A stretch of 58,077 nucleotides of DNA from Pelomyxa schiedti (lineage: Eukaryota > Protista > Evosea), in the NCBI GenBank assembly GCA_020536535.1, contig JAHLWZ010000242.1, forward strand, positions 1-58,077, written 5' to 3'. Under the pieces are notes generated by a model. That model worked only from the letters and a program-made list of their open reading frames with translations. It was not told the origin of the DNA and did no database searches. Positions 46,981-58,077 of this stretch are shown here, in pieces. A program made the position numbers and the translations under genes. Within the stretch, counting starts at the first letter, position 1, and each line of letters opens with the position of its first letter.

Positions 46981-47869
46981 ACAGAAACTTATGAGCAGCA
47001 CACTTTACCTTCACTGATGTGTTTGATTAAAAAGGCACCATGTCCAGGGAAAATGCCATCACTATACACGTTTTCTGCTTTCCCTTTCTCCTCACAACCA
47101 GCAAGTCCCGATCTGCTTCGCGTAAGCCACCAATGTGGACACCATAGCTACGACTCCCACCCAAAGGTACCTTTTTAAAATAAGTTTGAGGTTGATTACT
47201 ACATAATAAACCTGGGTTCAGATCTGAGTCTTGGTCCTAGTCCAGCTCTGGGTCTTGGTTTCCATCAGAAGTGTTCTCTTCCTCCTGTTGCTTTTCTTCC
47301 TGTTGTGGGTCTCAGGGAATCCTGGAGATCTGATCTCAATAACATATGATGCCTTGCAAGATCTCACTGAAGGGGGTCACTGCTAGCTGAGGTTCCTCAT
47401 CTAGCAAGGCCACACCTTGTGAGATTCTTCTTTAGTTTCAGTGCTACAAATACAAGTGTATTTTCTAGACAATTTTAAAATGAAAAGAAAAAGTGTGTTT
47501 ATGCAGGCAGTTAGAGCAAAAACCTTTGCCACATCTACTGCATGTTTGTTGGTCTCAATTTTGTTTCTGGCATATGCAGTAGTCCAGTTCCACACAGTCA
47601 TCACACCCTATAAAAATTACTGTCAATTACACCCAGCATTAGTGTCAGTTACCAATATGGGTTCCAGCAGTGACCACTACAACAACATTCTGCGTACCAT
47701 GAATATCTCCCAGTTTGTTCACCAGGTCTGTGTTGACATGTTGAGATGTAGGGACTCCTCCTCTCCCAGCTACAATTATTTGTCCATCTTTGTGACTCAG
47801 ACTCCTTTATGCCCAGTGTTGCACAATAATACCACTCAAAAAGTATAGTGAGTACCTTCCGTTGGAATA

Positions 47870-48900
47870 GGTGAACACAAATTTAGAACTATGATTGAAG
47901 GTACCAAGACTTGAAGTGTAGTAAACTGAAGTGGGATATCCCCAGGCCACACTAACAGCCTCAATTTTACATTCTAGGGCATATGAAAGCAATCTCATAA
48001 CCTTGCAATCTGTTATGTACATTGTATTTTAAAATGGCATACTGAAGGTTCCAACTGTTCATCTGGCAACACAAAATCTGCAAAGCCGTTGCCTCTCTCA
48101 GCCAAACCAGTCACCAACTCTATGGAGCAATCTCCGATTCCCAGTGCGAAAACTGTGCAATTATCATGGTGATGTCTTAGCGAGACTGCCTCGAATACAG
48201 ATGAAGTATTCTCCACTGCACCAGGTAATTTCAAGCTGCTGTTGGGTATAAGGAACTGAAGTAGGGCTCATTTTCACAAAAGTGCTTCCGAATCTTTGGG
48301 GAAAGTTCATAGCATTCAGGAAAAGATAAAACGAAGATGCAAAAATGGTACCCCACAATGTTAATTCTGTTACCAACCTTGAATAATGGAGTTAATGTAG
48401 AGGTTCACACATGCAAGTATTTCAAGGTGGATTTTATATTGCAGGTATTGAGCGCAAGAACAACTGCAGGGCTAAAACTGCTTGTTCAATTTGATGGCCT
48501 GCCATGGAACCACTCCTATCCACAAGAAGAACCTTCCTATGTAGTAAGGAAAAGATTTCAAAGAAGAGGGTTATAATAACTAGCTCTGTATTTAGTCTCT
48601 TCAACGGAAATGCTGAGAGTGAAAAGTGAGCCACATCGCAGCAGTGGATACAGTGGAAAGTCGCGTGACACAACACAATGAAGCCCCGAAATGGAATTGA
48701 AGTGCAATTGGGTGCCTTATTGTCATGACTTTCACAAGTGGGTTGCCGGACAAATTATGCTCCAATCCAGGGGTTGAAACGGTGTTGCAAAGAGTTGATA
48801 CTTCTTTTTCCACAGCGACCCTACACTGCATACAGTATGGTCCGAACAACCTGGAGAGCGTAGCGAACGGGGTTGTGTCGGCCACGACTCGAGCCATTCC
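47870..48900 (-). pseudogene. VIT-vWA (VWA5A-like) relic 1
   Basis: VLLVDRSGSMAGHQIEQAVLALQLFLRSIP, GAVENT..VFALGIG..LVTGLAERGNG..F and a weak VIT start. Large internal deletions. Confidence 0.8.
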
Positions 48901-49744
48901 ATCGATGATGGCTTCGCTTACTTAGGAGAAAGACACCCCAATCACTCATACGGCAACGAAGAAGAGAGGGAGCAGATCGTGGCGGGGGGCTACCGAAACC
49001 GCCAGAGATCCCAAATGACGGAAGGGAACGCTTTCATGTGCGTGCTACTAGTGGTTCACTGTTCCCTCCACGTCTGTTTCCTCTCTTTGAGAGAACCTCT
49101 TCACTGCTTCCCCCCACCTGGTAAAAACACCTCCAAACCAACACTTGGTCCTGTTTCGTTAGTAACATTTTACTTGAAGGTACAAATGGTACTTTCTGCT
49201 TTAGCCCCACTACACCGAGTCATGCTCAAAATTCCAAGTCGATCCACCCTCTATGCAAGAGGTACGTGAGGTTGTTCCTGCCACAGTCAGAGCAATCCTC
49301 AGAATTTTTTATTCTTAGTTTCTCATCGGAGTTATTTTTTCTATTCTGACCCGCTCTATTCACTCCTGTGGCATTCTCATCTGTTACCACGTTGGTTGAC
49401 CTTCGTTAGTCATATCAATGGAACTCACTAGGCGAAGGTTATTCATAAATTGCAGCTCGAGTCCTCCATTTTTATCCCTTCAGTCTTATTGCATACTTGT
49501 AAAACTTCAATGCACAAAAACTCATTCCTTGACAAGAATATTATATGAATAGCATGGCACCACTGGTGTGTCAGTGTACTGCAGTTCTATGTGATTGCTT
49601 TGGTGTTATACACAGGCCAGTTGTTGGAGGTGTGACACAACAACACGGCTGTATATCAGGTAGAACCAGCCAGAGGGAACCCATTAGTTCACCAGGCTGA
49701 GCAAACAAGTTCTTTTCCCCAAGTGACGCGGCTCCCGCCGCAAG

Positions 49745-49756
49745 TGGTAGCCAGAG
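49745..49756 (+). promoter_or_regulatory. Candidate tRNA-Met-like primer binding site TGGTAGCCAGAG
   Basis: Follows a CA + 2 nt spacer just upstream of gag. Differs from the canonical TGGTAGCAGAG by one extra C; no 3' LTR found to confirm it. Confidence 0.4.
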
Positions 49757-52700
49757 AGTTAGTTTCCTTCTACTACAGTCACCCCCTACATCGTGTTCTA
49801 CAAGTTCTTGTCATTCAGTATTCCCGCTTGCACTTATCTAGGGAGCAGTGAGCCAGTATGTTTGGACCTGATGGAAAACCTGTTACTTCTGCTTCCTCGT
49901 CTACAAGCTCTTTTGCGGCTGCTAATCCTGTCAATCCTTTCACTCCATATTTTTCCAACCCCACCCCTAATCCCAATCTCAGTAGCAACCCCAACCAATA
50001 AGCAATTACCGTCATCTAACCCCGGAGTGAATCCTCCTAACCCAAGAATTGCCAATCCTCCCCTTGACCCTAGTACTTCGTTAAGACAGCAACTCCCACC
50101 CAATCCTCCTCCAATACCTCAGATCCTACCTCAGCATACTTCAACGTGCGGCCTTTCAGAATGTGCAACCTCTCAATCAGCCATGGATCCCTACACTAGT
50201 TCCCTCATTTCGTCAACCTGTAGTATCTGTGAGCAGCGAAGAGAAGGGCACCTTACAAAAAAACTTCGCTGATGAGGCTGATGAAGACGCTCACGTTTGG
50301 CTGGGGACTTTATAACTTAGAGGCAATTCCATTGGTCCGATGCAGTGACTATTCAAAAGGCTCTTCAAGCACTCCGCGGCAAGGCATTGCAGTGGATACC
50401 GGAAGCGCGCGGCCATCTCATGTCATTCTCTGACTTTCATGAAGCCTTTGAGGAATATTTTCTGGTGGATGATGAAGCCCTACGTTGTAAAGGAGTCAGG
50501 CACTTGCGGAGGAAGAAGGATGAGTCCAAGAAAGCATTTGGGAGACGGCTGAAAGCAATGCCTCACAATGTGCAGATGAGAGATGATGAACAAAGCTGCA
50601 TCAAGGAAGATGGCGCCTATAACCCCGCGAGTTGCTGAGTGCTTCCTGTGTAAGATGCCAGTTGTCAACTTCCAGGATGTCCCAGGAATGTCACCCAATC
50701 AAAGAATGGCAAGCAATACATGTACTGCCGTACGAGTCATCGAGATGCTCATCTGGCATACCTCCAAAGCGCTCCACGATATTATCCAGTTTCAAATTCC
50801 ACCCCAACTCCAACACCACCTCCAAGTTCCATTCCAACACCATCGCCCTCACCCCAACAAACACCACGTTGCCAACAAACTCCACCACTCCACTGGGAGG
50901 TTCCACCAGTGGGGTGCAGTCTCGCCAGTAAAAGAGTTTAGCCTTGGTGGTAAACGTTAATTCAATAAACTTTTATCACCAAGCAATCTCTTTAGGAACC
51001 GTGTTCTTGGAATGAGAGTGAGAGCAAGAGCAAGAGCAAGATAAAAGAGACATACCATCACCACACTGAAGCTTTTAAAGACTGAAAGAGAGAAGAATAT
51101 TACCATCATGAAGAGTATCCGATCCACTGCTACACACCAAGTCAAGTTACCTAATGTAAGTGAGATCGATGCGAGAATAGATACAGGTGCATACGTTTCC
51201 GCCATTGACTCCAACTGTTTCAGAAAGTGCAGACCAAAAGCTAAACCATGACCCACAGCAATTCAACTCACCATTGCCAAAGCCAGCAAATCGTTGGAAG
51301 TTATCGGCGAAGATAGCAATATTAGGATTGGGGCCGGATCAACCCTGATCACTGTCTTCATTGTCAACAATCTGGTATATCCCAAGGTTCTGCGATTAGA
51401 CTGGTGCACCCGGGTTGACCAGGAATCCTATTCCATTGGGACAATAGGAATCAACCCTGGGAATAGTAAGACGGAGCAGAAACCACAAACTCATACCCTT
51501 CTAGTGCTACACCAGAACGGAGAAAGGTCGAGCTATTGAACAAGCTGTACTTGTCACATCTCTCAAAAAGTGAGCAACGGAAAGTATGAGATTTGTTTGA
51601 ACCAAATCTGGATATCATGAGTGATGGAGTTACCACTGGGAACCTACCTTGCTGAAGCATGATATCGACACGGGAGATGCAACTCCAATCATGGCACAGA
51701 TGTTTTCCTATGGCTCATGAGCTGGTTGAAAAAGAAGTTGCCAAGAACCTTGAAGCCGGCGTTATTGAATCTACTGATACAGTGTGGGCTGCTCCAGTCG
51801 TTCTATAACGCAAACCTGATGGTAGTATACAATTCTGCATAGACAATTGTAAGCTGAACTCTGTTACCAATTGGCACACTGGAATTGATCTCGAATCCGG
51901 CTACTGGCAAGTAGAACTGACTGAACAAGCCAAAGAGAAAAGTGGATTTAGAACTCTATATCGGCTTAAAGTGATACCTTTTTGTAGTATGGTTTTGGGA
52001 GGTCTGACACCTACCCTGGCAATGGTCTATCTAGATGCCATAATCGTGTTCACCAGAGGAACTCAAAGAGTTGCTGACTAGAGCACCCCTTCTACACTAT
52101 CCAGACTGGAACAATGAGTTTACTGTTGTAAGTGATTCTTCAGGACATCCTGTTAGTGGAAATCTGATGCAGAAGGATAGCTCAGGAGAGTATGTACCTA
52201 TGTCCTTCGTTAGCAGGAAGATGAAAGGAGCTGAATTGAAATACCATATCACAGACAGAAATGCTTTGCTGCTCTCTTTGCAATCTCCAAATTCGAACCT
52301 TATGTATGGGAATTACACTTTGTACACATCACACATCTGATGTCTGTTCACAGATGCCACATCAATCTTAGCCCTGCAGACAACCGCAGGAAAGTCAAGA
52401 CTTGGTAGATGGGCATTAGCTCTGCAAGAATTCAACTTTGAAGCACATCGTCCAGGGAAGATGAACTGGGCAGTTGGCTTTACCCACACCCCACTGAAAT
52501 CAAGTGCGGAACATTACGATGATCTATTAGAGCCAACATAACATCATGAGCTAACGGACACAGATACCAACCTAGACATGGCCCCTATCCATGTTGCCCC
52601 AGTAGATCCTCTTTTCTTCCCCGTCATGAAAGGACTGTGTCAAGGAAACGATAATGCATTGTTAGCAGTTGAACCTGAGAATAGATGGAAATACATTGCT

Positions 52701-54050
52701 GCAAGGGATCTATTCGTTATCAAGGAGGACAAGTTATATTGCTTGAATAGACCCATGAAGCATCCACATCAGAGTAGAATTCTCAAGCTCTGTGTTGAGA
52801 TTGAAGACGATAGAAGAACACTCATGACCACATATCACAATGCTCTGAATGGTGGCGGTCACAGAGGAGAAACTAAGATGATTCATGCACTATCACAGAA
52901 GTACTGGTGGCTGAATCTTTGGAAAGATGTTGAAAACTGGTGCAGAGAATTCACTGTATGCCAGCAATTCTGGAACTACAAGCCATCTTTCGAGCCAAAG
53001 AATATCATTGCCCATTTTCCAGTAGAATACGTAACTAGGGACTTCTTCTTCCCACCAGTTCCTTCCAATAGAGGACACACCGCTGTACTTCTAATGGTCG
53101 ATCTGCACTCTAGGTTGGTTAGGTTGAAGGCATTGAAGAATCGAGAAGTACCAACTGTACTGCGAGCAATAGAAAAGACATGGATTTGCACTCAAGGATG
53201 TCCAATGAACCTTCTTAACGATCGAGACAAGTCGTTCATCAGTGAACTAAATGCCGAATTCTACCACACTTGGGGAATTATGAACTGCAAAGCAATGGTG
53301 CTGCCGAAATCACAGTTCGTGCTGTAAAACAGATCATGAGTAAATACTTTGCCCAGAATCCTAGAAATTGGTAGAGAACGTTGCATTGGGTTGAGTTTGA
53401 CCTCAATACTATTATGTCTGAACTTATAGGAGAAACACCATTCTTCAGAGACCATCTTCGAGATCCCATTCTCCCCATTGATACTAACATTGCGCAAATC
53501 ATTCCAACCACTGTTGAAGCTGGTCCCTACGTTCAGGAGACATTGCAGAGCCGAGTCGAGATCAGAGACCTAGTAAGTAGTCAACAGAGGAAGGACTAGG
53601 AGAAGGAGTTACAGACTATGTGCAAGAGAGTGCATTAAGAACCAGAAGCTTATGATGGAACAAGAAAGAGTATGGCTAAAAGTTCCAGAGAACCACCAGA
53701 GACCCATGGAACCCAAATGGTCCGACCATACTGAGTGCTCCATGTGAAATCAGAACTAACCAGAGAGGTAAATCTAGACGATTCATCAGGATATTGCGTT
53801 GTTCATGTTAATAGATTGAAACCTTTCTATGGGAATGAAGACCTAGCCCGTGAAGCTCGTCCGCCTAACTGTCATTGTAAACATACACAGCTGCAGATAT
53901 CAGCTGCAAGACCTGAGAGAATTATTGAGGAAAGAACCCAAGATGAAAAAGTGTACTACCATGAAGCTACAAACAAGATTGACTCAAGAAAGATGCTGTA
54001 TGGTGCAAAAAGGGTGATCTTCTCACTGCACTAGTACAGGTGTGGGAAAC
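49745..54050 (+). mobile_element. Ty3/Gypsy LTR retrotransposon (gag-PR-RT-RH-IN), degenerate with internal deletions
   Basis: Gag LRGKALQW..FHEAFEEYF, protease RIDTGA, RT WAAPVVL / FCID / DLESGYWQ / YLDAII, RNase H SDSSG / FVSRKM, integrase H..GGHRG..KYWW..C..C, NDRDKSF and NGAAE, and a weak chromo-like PERIIEER..YY at the end. Confidence 0.92.
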
Positions 54051-54589
54051 TAAAAAGTAATTTAGGCTAGCTGGTACAAAATGCACAGCCGCCACAACAA
54101 GTCACAACAGGGAAAGTACAAACTACAGAAGAAACACACAAGCAATGAGGACGACTGAAGAAACCTTTTCAATTTGGAGCCGAGACACACCACCCCAGCT
54201 GGGAATACCACCACCTCAGATCTCAACCCCACAACAACCAACCATGACAACTAGCACTAGATCTCAACCAGTAACTACAACCGCACCAACATCTGTGTAC
54301 ACACAGCCCTCACCAATGGTACCTTAACACCTGGCCTTTTCAACAGGAGAAATGAGTCTCTTGTTGCTACATACAGGCCGTAGCAACACTTCATTCAGCC
54401 TGGGGGAGCTGTAGTGAAGATTAGAAATTCTAGATATCCCTTAGCTTTGACCCAGCATCCCAAGGGACACACGTTCCAAATACCTGAAATGTAAAATCGA
54501 GTAGTAGAGTCACAGAAATCCCCACCAAACCCTCTTCCCCCGTTCTGGCAACGTCCAACTATTTTTATGGCACTTAAAGTTAGGTATTA

Positions 54590-54790
54590 ATGTCAAGGTG
54601 CTGGCCCATAAGTATTACACAGAAAAAAAAAGCTGGGCTTTTAGGTACGTTTCCCCTTGGAAATCTGCCGCAAAAGGCCCAATAAGGTTGCAACGAACGT
54701 TGCATTGTTCAGATGTAAGACCACTTATTTGGCATTCAAACAATGGCTCAATGACTCTTGGCCTTATTTGGCACCAAAAAACCAACTAGT
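54590..54790. repeat. Inverted copy of the 650-860 repeat
   Basis: Nucleotide similarity by eye across ~200 bp. Confidence 0.8.
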
Positions 54791-54879
54791 CAATCCCGCT
54801 TTTTAACCTGATCTCACGGGTGGCATGCGCAGCTCCGCGCACAACACCGACGTAAGTGCTCAGAGCCGTGACTAACAAA

Positions 54880-55021
54880 CAACACCCACATAGACAGCGG
54901 GTCGGTGGTGGACCACATATGAAGACAGAGCAACACCCACATAGACAGCAGGTTGTCATCGTCTTCTTTTTATAAAAACTCTTCAGTTTATGTTTGGTAA
55001 CTCTTCAGTTTATGTTTGGTT
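54880..55021. repeat. Two short direct duplications: CAACACCCACATAGACAGC x2 and AACTCTTCAGTTTATGTTTGGT x2
   Basis: Read directly from the sequence. Confidence 0.9.
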
Positions 55022-55077
55022 TTTCAGCTTATTAGCGAGGATGGAGGGTAATCGTATCAATTTATTCCTTTCAAGTT

Positions 55078-55140
55078 TCGTTTCGTTCCGTTCCGTTTCG
55101 CTCCGTTTCGTTCCGTTTCGCTCCGTTTCGTCTCGTCTCG
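55078..55140. repeat. Degenerate pentamer microsatellite (TTTCG / TTCCG / CTCCG)
   Basis: Read directly from the sequence. Confidence 0.9.
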
Positions 55141-55267
55141 TTTTTCGGAAGTCTTGTTTAAACTTACTATTGTGTTCCATTTCCTCACTCCAACAACAAC
55201 AACATTGGGACTGCCCAAACTTTTTCGGTGTGCACACGATCAAAAAACGAGCGTTTTTCTGGGAAAA

Positions 55268-57070
55268 CAGTGTGCACACAGTTTGCAGCACGCCAACGGC
55301 CAACAGACAAACCGATGTGCTTCCCACCCCAAAAAAATCAGGCACAGCCTGGACCATTTTTTTGTTTTTGTCGATTTGGGTCCGATCAGACTTTCTACAC
55401 TCTTTCACGCGCGAAATGGTTCGGTCCTGAATGCTTTGTGATGGTGTTCAGGACCGTGTGTGTTTGAGTGCATTTTCTGACACTTGTGTTCAGGGCGTGT
55501 TTCTGCGAAAAGTGGAAGACCCGATTCTCAAACACCTGATTGGGGATCCCTTTTCTCGGTGGGCTCTGGTTTGGTAGGTCGTTTGGGAGGGCAGTTGGGT
55601 TGTTTGAGAGTGTTGTTGTTTCCTCCTTCTTTTCTGTGTGGGTGTTTCTGGCTGCTGATTGTCAGGCTGCAAGTGTGAAGATGGTGGGGAATATCCCTGA
55701 GGGTGGTGAAGGGATTGAACTCCTACTTGTGGAGTGGGAAGCTGTTTCATGAGAGATGGAGGTGGTGGTGTTGGGGAATGGATTGTGGTGGAGTTGGAGG
55801 ATGAGGATGTTGAGGAATAGGCTGTTGTTGTGTTTGAGCTGGGGTTGTTGAAAGGGTTTGACTGTGGAAATCTAATGTTTCGTGTGGCACAGGAACCTCT
55901 GTACTTGAAGGTGAAGGATGTTGTGCAGATGAATAAATAGGACATTGTAGAGAGAGAGCCTGTGAGGGAACAATGAAAGATTGGGAAGAAACCTCAGGTA
56001 GTGTTAGCTTCTGTGGGCTCGAGAATAAGCCCCACAGAGGAAGAAAACGAGTGAGAGTGAAGAGAATAAAGGGTTCTCTTGTTTGTTTGGTCGTTATTGT
56101 AAGGGGATAAAAAGGGAGTGTGTAAAATCTCGCAGAGTGGTTGTGTGATTGGGTTAAAAGGCCACGATGTTCAAATGGATTCTCGGACAAGTGTGCACAT
56201 AATCAAAACCGCCTGCCACGTTGTTGTTGCTGTATTTGTGCGCCCAGCTGCGCTGTGCACTGATCATTACCTTCGCTGTCTCATTCTGGTAATAGTCCAG
56301 ATTTGGCTCAGTCCTCAGTCTCTCCAATCATCCCGCTAAAGTGCGCCAGGACTTCAGAGCCTCACGAGCAAGGCCAAGTTTGTGTACTTTGTGGAAGTAC
56401 ACAGTGTGAATTGATATGGAGCAACTGTGGAATCCTCTCTTCAACCCAAATGGTGGCTTTGAGAACTGTAAGTCAACATGTGGGTATTGGTCCTGGAATG
56501 GTTGTCTGGTCTGTCACTGGTTGGTGTCTCTCCTCACATTAACTGTAAAAATTGGTTGTTGCTTCAGTGCCATTCAGTCCCTCATTTAAAATCCAGTAAA
56601 TTGTGGTAACAGCATTTGCATTTGGGGAGTTACAGGGACAGGCACCAGGAGCAGACAGCCAGTTGGTTGACACAAAGTAGTGTCAAGTTTCTCTTTCACC
56701 AAAGCTATGGTTCCCCCATTGCAGATAACTGGTGGCACTACAAAGAAAGACCCACCTTCTCCAATGTTTCGACCACTGGGCAGAGAGTAATTCAGCAGAA
56801 CAAAGGAGTTTGTTTTTCGGGGTTTTTTTTAAGGGAAAAAGTTTTCATGATGCTTGGGGGGTCCTTGTCTATTGTGTCCGATCAGACTTTCTACACTCTT
56901 TCACATGCGAAATGGTTCGGTCCTGAATGCTTTGTGATGGTGTTCAGGACCGTGTGGTTTTTGTATTTGACAGAGCACAAAAAAATGGTCCAGGCTGTGC
57001 CTGATTTTTTTGGGGTGGGAAGCACATCGGTGTGTCTGTTGGCCGTTGGCGTGCTGCAAACTGTGCACAC
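55268..57070. repeat. Nested repeat structure: ~100-bp inverted arms (A) enclosing ~85-bp direct repeats (B)
   Basis: A at ~55268-55368 with its inverse at ~56975-57070; B at ~55378-55460 and ~56877-56955. Confidence 0.9.
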
Positions 57071-57182
57071 CCCGCGATCGGGGGAATTTTTTTTCCCCTT
57101 CATTTGGTGTGCACACAAACGAAAAGGAAAAAAAATTAGGTTTTTGGCTGTTCTCAGCATCCAGCCCACACTGAGTCCTGCA

Positions 57183-57282
57183 NNNNNNNNNNNNNNNNNN
57201 NNNNNNNNNNNNNNNNNNNNNNNNNNNNNNNNNNNNNNNNNNNNNNNNNNNNNNNNNNNNNNNNNNNNNNNNNNNNNNNNNN
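57183..57282. other. Assembly gap (100 N)
   Basis: Run of N. Confidence 1.
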
Positions 57283-58077
57283 CCTCGGCGGGGTGCGCGG
57301 CGACGCGGTAGCTGGCCCACGACCCTGGGGGCCGGGACTGGGCGCCCCGCAGGATCCGCTTCTTGATGCCCGAGGCCTGCTGCGCGATGTAGGTCTTGCC
57401 CTTCTGGAGCGACATGGGCTTGTTGCTGCTGTTGGTATTGTTGGCGGCGTTCTTGTTGTGCTTCTTATGATGGGATGCCGATTTAACCGTTGGTTTCCGA
57501 ACAGGTTTCTTGGCCTTGGTCTTCATCGTTGGAGGGAGGTATTGGTCAGTCCTTTGGTTGTTCTTTGTTTGGTGTTTGTGGGTCACCCATGATGTGGAGA
57601 ATGGCCCTTAAAGAGCCTGAGGTAAAAACAACAACCAACAGGAAATCGGCAGAAATAGGAGAAGTCAGACATGGAATTAAAAACCAACGAGCGATTTCCC
57701 TCTTCACAAAGGCGAAGGGTTGAAAAACTCGAAAACGTGAAAGTGCGCAGGGGAGTAATGCGCAGAACGAAGAAAGTGTTTGATGTGTTGAAGATCTTAA
57801 CACTTGTGGCATTTTTGGGAGATCGGAAGATCGGATGACGAGTGCGGATGGGAACGGTAGTGACACGACTCCGGTGGCAGTGGTTAGTATCTCAGCATCC
57901 TGTGAAGAAAAAGGTCGTTCATTTATTGAGCGTAACGTGGGTGGGTTTGTTACCGCGTTGTAGAGCGCCCGTATGTTGCAAATCAGAGACTTACGGAGGA
58001 GCAGAACAAAGAACGCGGAAATGAAGATGACTGCGTTCGCGGCGGATCTTGTGAACAGAAAAGCCACATATCAATTC
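57283..58077. repeat. Second copy of 21638-22438 (5' end of SKICH-SMS gene, promoter, 5' end of AI-2E gene)
   Basis: Colinear, same orientation, scattered substitutions and small indels. Both visible reading frames stay open. Confidence 0.95.

Noticed and set aside
47441-47848. 135-aa ORF with an N-terminal TM segment (glycosyltransferase-like?)
   Set aside because: No catalytic motif, and it sits among pseudogene debris, so a product cannot be supported.
45980-48900. Ciliate-style scrambled gene with odd and even VIT/vWA segments in two blocks
   Set aside because: Both blocks contain the same post-TDG vWA region in different sequence versions (GAVENT..VFALGIG vs GAV(S)NTQE..VFAFGLG). They are two deleted paralogs, not complementary pieces.

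Overview
This is eukaryotic, intron-dense DNA with short (~35-100 nt) GT-AG introns, CTAAC/CTRAY branch points and the standard genetic code. IFT70 together with a Spalten-type Galpha-PP2C fusion and VIT-vWA relics suggests a flagellated amoebozoan such as an archamoeba (inference). Apparently intact genes are IFT70 (-), a SKICH + sphingomyelin-synthase-like fusion (-) head-to-head with an AI-2E transporter (+), a four-Ubl protein, a DUF3533-like membrane protein, the Spalten-like gene, a Ser/Pro-rich hypothetical gene, and a multi-OB-fold gene (-) head-to-head with an FHA-like CAMK kinase (+). A diverged second copy of the OB + kinase pair lies at 15.4-19.8 kb, where the kinase has lost its catalytic core. 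The flanks (1-9.5, 13-15 and 41-57 kb) are eroded retroelements (two Ty3/Gypsy families, one with a chromodomain; L1/Tx1-like LINEs; a probable DIRS-type RT) and broken host-gene copies. These show CpG-to-TpG decay, internal deletions and fold-back palindromes near junctions. The most novel-looking signal is the duplicated POT1-like multi-OB gene + FHA-like kinase pair. All exon boundaries, alignments and domain calls were made by eye and no searches were run.
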